Positions 17,534 through 26,267 of a stretch of 64,000 nt of DNA are shown here, in pieces. This DNA comes from a virus (lineage: Duplodnaviria > Caudoviricetes). A program made the translations under genes and the position numbers. The DNA lies in the IMG/VR virus record IMGVR_UViG_3300025372_000639, positions 32,001 through 96,000 of that record; one strand, written 5' to 3'. Position 1 is the first letter of the stretch. Each line of letters starts with the position of its first letter. The notes beneath the pieces were generated by a model. That model did not search any database. It was not told where the DNA came from and worked only from the letters and a program-made list of their open reading frames with translations.

Positions 17534-17749
17534 ATGAAAAGTACCATTAGGCACAATGTTGATACAGATAAATGTGTTAAAAACATTGGCAACAGATTTG
17601 ATCTTGTTCTTGCCGCGGCTGTTCGTGTACGCGAATTGAAACGTGGACATAGAAAACTAACTAATGGTTATGATAATCCTACCATTACTGCTCTTAAAGA
17701 AATTGAAGAAGGCCTAGTAGGCCGTGAATTACTAAGGAAAATACGATGA
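17534..17749 (+). CDS. rpoZ: RNA polymerase omega subunit homolog
   Basis: IGNRFDLVLAAAVRVREL...PTITALKEIEEG matches omega consensus. Confidence 0.8.
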   Translation: MKSTIRHNVDTDKCVKNIGNRFDLVLAAAVRVRELKRGHRKLTNGYDNPTITALKEIEEGLVGRELLRKIR

Positions 17750-17904
17750 CCTGTAGAGGATACGATGCCAAGGCAGTTAAGGTGCCTAAAAGTGTAAAAC
17801 GAGTAGCGGCTGCATATCTTGACAATCATGCTCGTGGCGAATTTATTCGTAGCTATGTTCGAATCTTAGAAGAACAATCTAGATCTTATAAGAGAGAAAA
17901 ATAA
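17746..17904 (+). CDS. small hypothetical protein (52 aa; not in ORF track)
   Basis: ATGA and TAATG coupling with both neighbours. Confidence 0.55.
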   Translation: MTCRGYDAKAVKVPKSVKRVAAAYLDNHARGEFIRSYVRILEEQSRSYKREK

Positions 17905-18182
17905 TGGGCGACGGCGGCAAAGGGTCGGCGCCAAGACCATTCAGTGTAAGCCAAGAAACTTTTGGCAATAACTTTGACGCAATTTTTAGAAAGAATAAAG
18001 AAATGACACCAAGTGTTGAACAAATGAAAAAAGGTACTTGCGGTTGCGGTCGTAGCCCAACTGGCGATTGTATCGGTTGGCATAGTCTAACCCAAGAACA
18101 ATTTCAGCGAGCACAGGCTGCTTGGCTAGAAGAAGAATTTCGCAAAGACAACGAAGTTCAAGATAGTTCACAAGGTGGTTAA
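17904..18182 (+). CDS. CDGSH-like Fe-S/Zn finger protein
   Basis: CGCGRSPTGDCIGWH. Confidence 0.6.
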   Translation: MGDGGKGSAPRPFSVSQETFGNNFDAIFRKNKEMTPSVEQMKKGTCGCGRSPTGDCIGWHSLTQEQFQRAQAAWLEEEFRKDNEVQDSSQGG

Positions 18183-18192
18183 ATAGTTTAAT

Positions 18193-18275
18193 GCTGGAGT
18201 CGCATAGCGGCAATTGCAACGGTTTTGTAAGCCGTCGGGAAACCTCCGTGAGTTCGAGTCTCACCTCCAGCACCA
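18193..18275 (+). tRNA. tRNA-Thr(UGU) with long variable arm
   Basis: GCTGGAG/CTCCAGC, ACGGT-TTTGTAA-GCCGT, variable arm CGGGAAACCTCC. Confidence 0.75.
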
Positions 18276-18281
18276 AATATT

Positions 18282-18962
18282 ATGATTTTGTTTACAAATG
18301 GTTGTAGTTGGACATACGGTGGAAGTCTAGGATTAGACCTAGACGAACAAACTGATCAAAGACTTGCTAGTGTATGGCCTGCCCAGTTAGGAAAACTAAC
18401 ATCAGCTGAAAAGGTAATAAATCTTTCAGATGGTTGCGGAAGTAACCAACGAACATTTAGAACAACTTTTGATTGGATATCAAATCAATCCAAAGAAGAT
18501 TTAGAAAAGACCGTGGCTGTAATACAACTTACAGAACTATCTAGGTACGAGTACTATCTTCCTAGATTTGAAAATGATCCGGACGGTTGGATAAAATGCA
18601 AGGTTGGAGTAGTTACCAGTCATATTGTACGTGATGAAATCGGCGATTACTTAAATGATTGCAATAGCAAAAGATTATCGTTACATACAGATCAAGAAGG
18701 TATGTATAGTCTAATTACATATTGTGAAGCGTTGGATAATTTATTCAAACATCATAATATCAAATATTACCTTTGGAGTAATAGTTTTAAACATAAAACT
18801 GAACCAGGTGTTCCCGAACATATTCGGCAATACCTAGATCGTAATTTTAATTGGTTAGATGATTACGGTGTTTGGGATTATGATAGAGTTAGTTTACAAG
18901 ATGCACATCCATCATTTAATGGACATAAAGATCTAGCAAAACTTATTTTTGATAGAATGTAA
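18282..18962 (+). CDS. SGNH-hydrolase-like protein
   Basis: NGCSWTYG, G.SN.R, DAHPS. Confidence 0.6.
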   Translation: MILFTNGCSWTYGGSLGLDLDEQTDQRLASVWPAQLGKLTSAEKVINLSDGCGSNQRTFRTTFDWISNQSKEDLEKTVAVIQLTELSRYEYYLPRFENDPDGWIKCKVGVVTSHIVRDEIGDYLNDCNSKRLSLHTDQEGMYSLITYCEALDNLFKHHNIKYYLWSNSFKHKTEPGVPEHIRQYLDRNFNWLDDYGVWDYDRVSLQDAHPSFNGHKDLAKLIFDRM

Positions 18963-18965
18963 TAA

Positions 18966-19164
18966 CCCGGATACACTTCTCCGTTAGCGAAGTGGGTGGG
19001 GAGATCACCATAGAAACCTCCGGGCACGTACGAACTTGGCCCGCCGTCCTGTGCAGGGATCCGACAAACTATCGTAGGTTAGGTACATCACCTAGCCAGA
19101 AGCATAAATGATGTGGACGTAGTAACTGACCAGTCTAGGGCTCCTGTGGTGGGAGTAGCTAGAC
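18966..19164 (+). ncRNA. GC-rich multi-hairpin ncRNA candidate
   Basis: CCCGGA/TCCGGG closing CACTTC/GAAGTG and GGTG/CACC; 3' hairpin GTCTAG...CTAGAC; no ORF; strand inferred. Confidence 0.5.
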
Positions 19165-19170
19165 ACTTTT

Positions 19171-19249
19171 ATTAAACGCATTTAACTTACGATGTAATCT
19201 GAGTATAGGAAAGGCCACCTTCTAGGAAAACGGCATAAGTGTGTTTAAT
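19171..19249 (+). ncRNA. long-stem ncRNA candidate
   Basis: ATTAAACGCATTTA pairs TAAGTGTGTTTAAT. Confidence 0.45.
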
Positions 19250-19929
19250 TAAAGTTTTTTAAGTACAGATTTTGAAAAATCAATATTAGCCTGGATACCA
19301 GGATGTGCAAGATCTCTTGCTAGGTCTTGATAATGAATATCCTCTACATTAACATACAAAAATTTAATATTGAGCAAATTACATAATTGTGCAATGGCTA
19401 ACCTATTTTTTACTTTAAGTAGTGTAGCATTGTACTTGTTTGATAACCAAGTGTTATAAAATTCAGGAAGTTCGGATGATATATTTGCAATAGATCCTTC
19501 TGAATCAAATATTTCTATTCTATGATCGTATGTTTGGCAAAATACAACTACCTTAGGTTTAATTCGTTCTAACCAAGAGTTAGCCAATCTAAAGGCTGTG
19601 TCATTTGATGAACCGCCTATACCTAAATTATAACAGGCAAGATTTAATTCAGCTGATACTAAACTTGCCCAGGTTGCTTCTAACGGTATTCCTATACCAG
19701 CAGTTATGCTACAACCTAAAAATACAATAGACGGGTCGTTTGTAAATTCATTACATCGAAAACCATGGCTGTTAAATTTATAGGTAAAGTTAGAATCAAT
19801 CCAATTATATTTTTCAAGTAGTTCTTTTTTGTTATTGAGATTTTCTTTATATAACTTTTCAGTGTCCATAGGAAGCCAATATAATTCTTTGTTGGCAAGG
19901 TCAATGTAAGGGTTATGGTCAATGTTCAT
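19249..19929 (-). CDS. SGNH-hydrolase-like protein
   Basis: NSHGFR, FLGCSITAGIG, NLGIGGSSN, ARDLAHPG. Confidence 0.65.
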   Translation of the reverse strand: MNIDHNPYIDLANKELYWLPMDTEKLYKENLNNKKELLEKYNWIDSNFTYKFNSHGFRCNEFTNDPSIVFLGCSITAGIGIPLEATWASLVSAELNLACYNLGIGGSSNDTAFRLANSWLERIKPKVVVFCQTYDHRIEIFDSEGSIANISSELPEFYNTWLSNKYNATLLKVKNRLAIAQLCNLLNIKFLYVNVEDIHYQDLARDLAHPGIQANIDFSKSVLKKL

Positions 19930-19970
19930 AAAAATATTTATACGGTACTTTTGACCATAAATAGTTTCAC

Positions 19971-20044
19971 GCGGAGTTAGTTTAATGGTAGAACGAGAGC
20001 CTTCCAAGCTCACGGCAGGAGTTCGATTCTCCTACCCCGCTCCA
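19971..20044 (+). tRNA. tRNA-Gly(UCC)
   Basis: loop CTTCCAA, TCCA. Confidence 0.9.
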
Positions 20045-20050
20045 AATTTT

Positions 20051-20126
20051 GCATCCTTAACTCAGTTGGTAGAGTTCCGCCTTTACACGGCGGCTGTCGG
20101 GAGTTCGAGTCTCTCAGGATGCACCA
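20051..20126 (+). tRNA. tRNA-Val(UAC)
   Basis: loop TTTACAC, ACCA. Confidence 0.92.
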
Positions 20127-20133
20127 GTTTAAT

Positions 20134-20169
20134 CGGTGTGTAGCTCAGCCTGGTAGAGCTCCTGGTTTG
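20134..20169 (+). pseudogene. 5' half of tRNA-Pro broken in the anticodon
   Basis: CGGTGTGTAGCTCAGCCTGGTAGAGCTCCTGGTTTG followed by non-tRNA sequence. Confidence 0.8.
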
Positions 20170-20269
20170 ACGTTGTGCTGATTTTAAATAACAATGGTCG
20201 TCAATAATGCGGTAATAAATAAGTGTTATTGGTCCTGTAAGGATAGATAGTTGTGCCCTAATTTTATTT

Positions 20270-20288
20270 CGGACATTAGCGCAGTCTG
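20270..20288 (+). pseudogene. second 5' fragment of a Pro-type tRNA
   Basis: CGGACAT-TA-GCGCAGTCTG, typical tRNA-Pro start. Confidence 0.6.
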
Positions 20289-20331
20289 ATTGAGAAAATC
20301 TCGTTTTTGTATCGCTATACTAAATAGTTAT

Positions 20332-20814
20332 ATGAAAAACAGAATAACAAAACCTGGATTAATAGCAATGAATCGCAAGATAGGTTGCGTACATTGTTCG
20401 AAAAAAACTACAATAGGTAATATAAAGAAACATGAAAAATCATGTTATTTAAATCCTACTAATGTAGTAGAGTGTTTAGTATGTAGTAAGCCAATAAAGA
20501 ACTATAAAGAATCAAAAGGTACTTGTAGTCGTAGTTGCGCCAATAAACACTTTAGAAGTGGTGAAGACAATGGTAACTGGAAAGGTGAAAACTACCAATC
20601 AATTTGTTTCCTTTATCACGAAAAAAAGTGCATAGTATGCGGCGAGGATAAGATTGTAGCAGTTCATCATTATGATCATAATCATGAGAACAATGATCCT
20701 AACAATTTAGTTCCGCTGTGTCCTACACATCATAGTTATGTACATAGTCGTTATGCTATTGAAGTACAACCTACAATAGATGAGTATGTTAAGCAATTTC
20801 TCCGTATGGCGTAA
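20332..20814 (+). CDS. HNH endonuclease
   Basis: CSRSC, NGNWKG, CIVCG...VHHYDHN..NN...NLVPLCPTHH. Confidence 0.88.
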   Translation: MKNRITKPGLIAMNRKIGCVHCSKKTTIGNIKKHEKSCYLNPTNVVECLVCSKPIKNYKESKGTCSRSCANKHFRSGEDNGNWKGENYQSICFLYHEKKCIVCGEDKIVAVHHYDHNHENNDPNNLVPLCPTHHSYVHSRYAIEVQPTIDEYVKQFLRMA

Positions 20815-20875
20815 CCTGGTAGCGTCCATGCTTTGGGAGCATGTGGTGAAGGTTCAAATCCTTCTATGGAGACCA
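20800..20875 (+). tRNA. tRNA-Pro(UGG)
   Basis: loop TTTGGGA, ACCA; first 15 nt overlap the HNH ORF end. Confidence 0.9.
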
Positions 20876-20879
20876 GTTT

Positions 20880-20953
20880 GGGGGATTGATGTAATAGTAG
20901 CCTGGGACCTTTGCAAGCTTCAATCCCCGGTTCGAGTCCTGTCACCTCCACCA
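20880..20953 (+). tRNA. degenerate tRNA-Ala(UGC)
   Basis: G3:U70, loop TTTGCAA, several stem mismatches. Confidence 0.6.
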
Positions 20954-21006
20954 AGATCACCATTACACACGGTGTACAATAGGATAAGTAGTGTGTAAAG
21001 AATTTA

Positions 21007-21080
21007 CGCGGGGAGGGTGGTCACCACACCGGTCTCATAAGCCAGGTGCATCGGCAGTTCGAATCTGTCCCCCGCATCCA
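21007..21080 (+). tRNA. initiator-like tRNA-Met(CAU) with short D-arm
   Basis: C1:A72 mismatch, CGCGGGG start, loop CTCATAA. Confidence 0.7.
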
Positions 21081-21099
21081 TTTTATCAGTCTATATAAC

Positions 21100-21966
21100 A
21101 TGTTAATTTATGTAATCAAGGGTCCGTCAAAATTAATACCCGATCAAGAATTTAGCATGTTAAAAGAAAGTTTTAACAAAAAAGGTATTCATTGTATAGA
21201 CTTTCGTATAGAAGATTTAAATCTTGAAATTATCGACTCAAAACTACTGATCAACGGAGGAAGCACTCCTTTACCCGATTTAGTATTAATACGTAATCCT
21301 ATTTTATTTAAAAAAGATATAAAAAAATTTGAAGACGTTGGCATTCCGTGCGTTAATTCGAGCACTGCTATTCAAAATAGTAGAATGAAATTAGACGCCG
21401 CAAATATATTAAACGATCATCAAGTACCAGTTCCTAAAACAATACCGTTTACTGAAAATTTAAATGACATTGTATCAAGTATTGGATTTCCTTTTATTAT
21501 AAAACCGTACCCTAGTTCATTAGGATTAGATGTTTGGTTATGCAGGAATGAAGAAGATTTTTTTAAATTTCTACCAAATGCAAATAAAATATCTTCAGGA
21601 CAAAAATGGTTGGTTCAAGAATTTATAGAACACCGATATAAAGAAGTGGTTAGGTCTTTTGTAATAGATCACAAAGTAGTATTTGCTTTGCATAAAACTT
21701 ACTCGCCCGAAGATGTATTTGTCAACACATCAATACTGAACAGAAAATTTTATCCTATCACTGATGACCTTATAAATATTTCTATAAAAACAACCAAGGC
21801 ATTAAATATCGAAATAGCTGGTATTGATTTATTGTATGACAAAGACGGTATGAAAGTATGTGAGGTAAATTGTTCTCCATTCTTTATACGTGCAGTTGAT
21901 ACACATCCTGCTCTAAATGTAGCAGATATTATTGTTGATTATGTATCAGATCGATATTTAAAATAA
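21100..21966 (+). CDS. RimK-like ATP-grasp ligase
   Basis: VPVPKT, GFPFIIKP, LVQEFI, AGIDLL...VCEVN.SP. Confidence 0.8.
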   Translation: MLIYVIKGPSKLIPDQEFSMLKESFNKKGIHCIDFRIEDLNLEIIDSKLLINGGSTPLPDLVLIRNPILFKKDIKKFEDVGIPCVNSSTAIQNSRMKLDAANILNDHQVPVPKTIPFTENLNDIVSSIGFPFIIKPYPSSLGLDVWLCRNEEDFFKFLPNANKISSGQKWLVQEFIEHRYKEVVRSFVIDHKVVFALHKTYSPEDVFVNTSILNRKFYPITDDLINISIKTTKALNIEIAGIDLLYDKDGMKVCEVNCSPFFIRAVDTHPALNVADIIVDYVSDRYLK

Positions 21967-21973
21967 TTTTTAT

Positions 21974-22048
21974 GGCCAGGTGGCAGAGCGATTATGCGCT
22001 GGATTGCAAACCCGGTACAGGTAGGTTTAACTCCTACCCTGGCCTCCA
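21974..22048 (+). tRNA. tRNA-Cys(GCA)
   Basis: loop TTGCAAA, U73-CCA. Confidence 0.85.
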
Positions 22049-22054
22049 AACATT

Positions 22055-22130
22055 GCGGGAATAGCTCATTTGGTAGAGCGAGTGCTTGCCAAGCACTAGG
22101 TGGCCAGTTCGATCCTGGTTTCCCGCTCCA
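22055..22130 (+). tRNA. tRNA-Gly(GCC)
   Basis: GCGGGAA start, loop TTGCCAA, TCCA. Confidence 0.93.
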
Positions 22131-22131
22131 T

Positions 22132-22160
22132 TTGACTTTTGTTAAAAACTATGTTATAAT
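22132..22160 (+). promoter_or_regulatory. sigma70-type promoter
   Basis: TTGACT-17-TATAAT. Confidence 0.7.
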
Positions 22161-22166
22161 ATTGAC

Positions 22167-22640
22167 ATGGATAAAAAACAACCTAAATTATACGTTCTAA
22201 TTGGTGTTCCCGGTGCAGGTAAAAGCACTTGGGTAGCTAATCAAGAATGGGCTAAAAATTGTGCGTACATTTCTACAGACAGAATCATTGAACGATACGC
22301 TCGTTGGGTAAAGAAAACTTATACTGAAGTTTTTGGATTATATATGCCCCGTGCTGTCAACGTTATGGTTAAACAAGTTAAACATGCACGAGAGCATGGC
22401 AAGGATGTAATTTGGGATCAAACTTCGACTTCTGTGTCAAGCAGAGGAAACAAGTTTCGTTTATTACCCGATTATTATGCTATCGCTGTAGTTTTTAAAA
22501 CTCCCGAAAAAGAAGAACTAGAACGCCGATTGGCAAGTCGTCCTGGCAAAATTATTCCTACAGAAGTTGTAGAGAGTATGATCAATCGTTGGGAAGATCC
22601 AACTGAGGAAGAAGGTTTTAAGGAGATTTGGTTTGCCTAA
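22167..22640 (+). CDS. polynucleotide-kinase-like P-loop kinase (AAA_33)
   Basis: GVPGAGKST, ISTD, IWDQT, R...R lid. Confidence 0.8.
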   Translation: MDKKQPKLYVLIGVPGAGKSTWVANQEWAKNCAYISTDRIIERYARWVKKTYTEVFGLYMPRAVNVMVKQVKHAREHGKDVIWDQTSTSVSSRGNKFRLLPDYYAIAVVFKTPEKEELERRLASRPGKIIPTEVVESMINRWEDPTEEEGFKEIWFA

Positions 22641-22875
22641 AGAAATTCCAGAACACAGAGATAAATTAGGTCGCTTACTTAAAGTAGGCGATTGTGTTGC
22701 TTACCCAGGTAGCAATACCCTTATGATTGGCACGGTTAAAAAGCTCAATCCTAAAATGGTAGGTGTTGCTATGCTGGGCAAAAATGCTTGGGGACCTAGT
22801 AACAAATATCCTAATGATTTAGTATTACTCGACGGTCCCGAAGTCACAATGTATTTGCTTAAAAATAGCGGTTGA
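22633..22875 (+). CDS. hypothetical protein (SH3/KOW-like)
   Basis: RDKLGRLLKVGDCV. Confidence 0.55.
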   Translation: MPKEIPEHRDKLGRLLKVGDCVAYPGSNTLMIGTVKKLNPKMVGVAMLGKNAWGPSNKYPNDLVLLDGPEVTMYLLKNSG

Positions 22876-22879
22876 CTTT

Positions 22880-23119
22880 TTGGTAAACTCCTGCTATACT
22901 ATAAGCACAGAAAGCAAAAAGGAGTCTAAAATGTCTGAAGTTAAATTCAATGGTCCCCTGTATAAAGTCACAATGACTGAATATGAGAGAGGTTATGGAC
23001 AGCGCCCAATGGGTGAAAAGTTCTTCGACAACGAGGAAGAAGCCAAAAAGTTCTGTGAAGAATACTTCTCCGGAGATCCTGATTGTTATTACAGAGCAGA
23101 TTATAGAAAGGTAAACTAA
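22880..23119 (+). CDS. hypothetical protein
   Basis: ORF with AGGAG RBS before internal ATG 22931. Confidence 0.55.
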   Translation: MVNSCYTISTESKKESKMSEVKFNGPLYKVTMTEYERGYGQRPMGEKFFDNEEEAKKFCEEYFSGDPDCYYRADYRKVN

Positions 23120-23120
23120 C

Positions 23121-23681
23121 ATGCCATGGATTCAAAACATAGCATTAAGTGACATTAAGAGAGGGCTTCATATTGATCCCGGTCCTAATGCCATGCTGAT
23201 TCAAATTGTGGATCCACCCGGCGACTTTCCTACACCCTTGTACAAGTTCAAAGAAGTGCATCAGTTTCAATTCCTTGATGTTGAGGAAAAGGATGAAGTG
23301 CTAGACGAGGCAATGCGGTGTAGTCATGAGCAGGCTGCTGAATTAGTTCGCTTGTTGCAACATGCACTGGACAATAGAATGAATGTTATTGTTCATTGTC
23401 ATGCAGGAGTTTGTCGTAGTGGTGCGGTGTGCGAAGTCGGAGTCATGCTCGGTTTCGGTGATACAGAAGTATTTCGTAGTCCTAACCTTCTAGTCAAGCA
23501 TCGCATGATGAAGGCACTAGGTTGGACCTACGACGAGAATGAACCTCATACTATTAACGGTGTAACAACTGAGTTTGGGATCATTCTTCCTAAAGAAATT
23601 GAATGGGCTAACGACAATGAGAAAGTGTTTGTCTTGGCCAAAGAAAGAAAAGAAAGAAGAGAACGAGAAGGTGATGTATAA
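23121..23681 (+). CDS. dual-specificity/tyrosine phosphatase-like protein
   Basis: VHCHAGVCRS (HCx5R). Confidence 0.8.
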   Translation: MPWIQNIALSDIKRGLHIDPGPNAMLIQIVDPPGDFPTPLYKFKEVHQFQFLDVEEKDEVLDEAMRCSHEQAAELVRLLQHALDNRMNVIVHCHAGVCRSGAVCEVGVMLGFGDTEVFRSPNLLVKHRMMKALGWTYDENEPHTINGVTTEFGIILPKEIEWANDNEKVFVLAKERKERREREGDV

Positions 23682-23907
23682 AGTAATAGACAATACAGGT
23701 TTTGTGCGAGGCGCATTTGATGATTTAGCCACAGCAATGGAAGCCGCAAAACTTGTAGACGAGTTTGTAACTATCAAAGGTACAGACTTTGAAGTGTGTG
23801 GCATATTTGGAGTAGACTCTGTGAAGAACGGAGTCTGCCCAGATGGTGTTGCATATGACTGGAACAAGGCTTCTCGCATAGGACGAGTGAAAAAAGAACG
23901 GGTATAA
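23674..23907 (+). CDS. hypothetical protein
   Basis: ORF coupled to upstream gene. Confidence 0.55.
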   Translation: MYKVIDNTGFVRGAFDDLATAMEAAKLVDEFVTIKGTDFEVCGIFGVDSVKNGVCPDGVAYDWNKASRIGRVKKERV

Positions 23908-23928
23908 TACCGATACATAAATATCGGT

Positions 23929-24711
23929 ATGCCCTATCTAAACACCTATCAAAAATTTAAAATACTGCATTTAATCAATCACTGCATTGGTATTACAGGA
24001 CTGATTTGGTTTGCAACAACTGCCAACTCGTGGCCTTGGTTGTTATTGGGTTTTGTATGTTTCCTATGGACTGGTATCGTTGGTGTCAATGTTGCGCTAC
24101 ACAGATATTATAGTCACGTAGCATTTAAAACTACTAAATTTAAAGAATATATACTCTTAGCCAGTAGTGTAATTACAGGCTTAGGAAGTCCCGCTATGTG
24201 GTGTAGCGTACATCGTGTACACCACACTACTTCAGATACTATTAAAGATCCCCACAATCCTGCTAGGGATGGTATTTTAAGAACTTGGTTTACATTCTGG
24301 GATCCTATAAAAATTCCAAAAAGACATGTTGCACCTTTCTTAAGAAATTCAGCATTAAAATTTGTTCACAATAATTATTTCTTGCTGAACTATGCTGTAC
24401 TAATTTTGCTCGCAGTAATTAACTGGAGGCTGGCTGCTTTTGCATATTGCTTGCCTGCTGTTGGTTGCTTTCACGGAAGTGCCGCTATCGGCGTTTTGCC
24501 GCACCTAACAGGCCCTTGGCAAATAGGTTACCGTAGATATGATGTAAAAGATTTAAGTCATAACAACTGGCTAGCAAGTATCTTGGCATTAGGAGAAGGA
24601 TGGCATAATAACCATCATGCTAATCCAGGTCGTTGGTGGCAGGGAGAAACATGGTGGGAAATTGACCCTCCGGCATTTATGATCAAACACTTTTTTATGG
24701 AGAAACAATGA
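23929..24711 (+). CDS. membrane fatty-acid (delta-9-type) desaturase
   Basis: His boxes HRYYSH, HRVHH, GEGWHNNHH. Confidence 0.9.
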   Translation: MPYLNTYQKFKILHLINHCIGITGLIWFATTANSWPWLLLGFVCFLWTGIVGVNVALHRYYSHVAFKTTKFKEYILLASSVITGLGSPAMWCSVHRVHHTTSDTIKDPHNPARDGILRTWFTFWDPIKIPKRHVAPFLRNSALKFVHNNYFLLNYAVLILLAVINWRLAAFAYCLPAVGCFHGSAAIGVLPHLTGPWQIGYRRYDVKDLSHNNWLASILALGEGWHNNHHANPGRWWQGETWWEIDPPAFMIKHFFMEKQ

Positions 24712-25502
24712 ACTGGTATTTTTATAAGGTGTGGATTCCTTTACAACTGCTAACCATTGCATCTGCAATTGGTATCGTAATGGGTTATGTTCACGTTAAC
24801 TGGTGGGTTGTTTTTATCAGTTGGTTCATTGTAGGACCGATCGGCGTAGGAGTAGGATACCACAGATTGTTTAGTCATAGACAATTTGAAACATGGAAAC
24901 CTTTAGAGTACCTGATTGCACTATGTGGTACATTGAGTGCTTATGCACCTGTATCTTTCTGGGCCAGCGAGCATCAGTACCATCACAAGATCAGCGATAC
25001 TACAGCTGATCCTAGTACTCCTAATTTAGGATTCTGGGAAAGTTTCTTATGGTGGCGTATGAGACAAAGTGTTCTTAAGAAGATTGACTTACGCAGTTAT
25101 CCAACAAGAGTTCTGTTAAGAGATCCTGTGCTTATGTTTTTGAGTAAACATTTCATAAAGATTGTTTGGGCCTTTGCAATTATACTGGCGTTGATTGATA
25201 TCAACTGGTTAGTGGCTGTGTTTGTAATTCCGTCATTTATTGAAAGACAACGTGTTAACCTTGTTAGTAGTTTTAGTCATATGAACATTCCATTCAATTA
25301 CAGAAACTTTGAAACAAGTGATCAAAGCCAGAACAATATTTTAATGGGATACTTAACTATGGGATTCGGATGGCATAACAACCATCACGCATATCCAAGA
25401 AAACTAATTAACCAAGAACGTTGGTGGGAAATTGACATCGAAGGTATCATTGCAAAATTGATTTCTAAAAACAATGACGTACACAGACAAAGTTGCCATT
25501 AA
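24708..25502 (+). CDS. membrane fatty-acid desaturase
   Basis: HRLFSH, HQYHH, WHNNHH. Confidence 0.9.
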   Translation: MNWYFYKVWIPLQLLTIASAIGIVMGYVHVNWWVVFISWFIVGPIGVGVGYHRLFSHRQFETWKPLEYLIALCGTLSAYAPVSFWASEHQYHHKISDTTADPSTPNLGFWESFLWWRMRQSVLKKIDLRSYPTRVLLRDPVLMFLSKHFIKIVWAFAIILALIDINWLVAVFVIPSFIERQRVNLVSSFSHMNIPFNYRNFETSDQSQNNILMGYLTMGFGWHNNHHAYPRKLINQERWWEIDIEGIIAKLISKNNDVHRQSCH

Positions 25503-26217
25503 GGTAGTACTGCTGACAATTATAGCATTGTTGGCGGTTCCTTATTATTTTATTGCAGGTGGAACAATTTTAGGTTTTATAGCCATACGATTAGTTGCCC
25601 ACCTCATTGCATTATTCACTCCTGTAGCATATCATAGATGGTTATGTCATAATAGCTTTCAACCTAACCTACTTGGAAAATTTTTAATGGGAACTGCAAT
25701 GATCGGGTCAGGATTTGGCGATCCGTTACATAATGTAGTAGCACATAGACTTCACCATCCTCATGCAGACACCGATAAAGATCCGCATAGTACTGACATA
25801 GGTTTTTGGAAATTATGGTTAGGACAATTTAAGGTGCCCACTGGCGGTGTTAGACCCCCTAAAGATTTTTTTAGAAATAATATGGCTGTGTTTATGCACA
25901 ATCATTATTGGAAACTTTATGTGCTGTTTAACATAATGTTATTCCTAATTTTTGATTTAAAAACGGTTCTCATTTATTGTCCGATAAACTTTGTCTACGG
26001 TTGGACATTAAACACAATGGTTAATTACTACGGACACATTGACCCCGATACAGGTGCAGTAGGGCCACGTAATACAAATCAAGTGTTTACTCTGCTTACA
26101 GCCGGCGAAGGGTTACACGGAAACCATCATATAACCCCTGCAAGTGCGGATTTTTCGTCAACTGATAGAAAAGATCCAATGTCAGGCGTTATTAAATTAA
26201 TATCAAAAACCGGTTGA
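25474..26217 (+). CDS. membrane fatty-acid desaturase
   Basis: HRWLCH, HRLHH, GEGLHGNHH. Confidence 0.9.
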   Translation: MTYTDKVAIKVVLLTIIALLAVPYYFIAGGTILGFIAIRLVAHLIALFTPVAYHRWLCHNSFQPNLLGKFLMGTAMIGSGFGDPLHNVVAHRLHHPHADTDKDPHSTDIGFWKLWLGQFKVPTGGVRPPKDFFRNNMAVFMHNHYWKLYVLFNIMLFLIFDLKTVLIYCPINFVYGWTLNTMVNYYGHIDPDTGAVGPRNTNQVFTLLTAGEGLHGNHHITPASADFSSTDRKDPMSGVIKLISKTG

Positions 26218-26242
26218 CACACCGGTAAAATGATAGTATAAT
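26214..26242 (+). promoter_or_regulatory. sigma70-type promoter
   Basis: TTGACA-17-TATAAT. Confidence 0.8.
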
Positions 26243-26267
26243 ATAATTTTAAAGAAAGGAGGCGAAT

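Noticed and set aside
1497-22200. Short ORF-track entries over tRNAs (1497..1691, 10047..10253, 10211..10441, 16568..16804, 17410..17592, 17986..18276, 20751..20998, 21994..22200)
   Set aside because: Shadow frames of tRNA genes with no coding features
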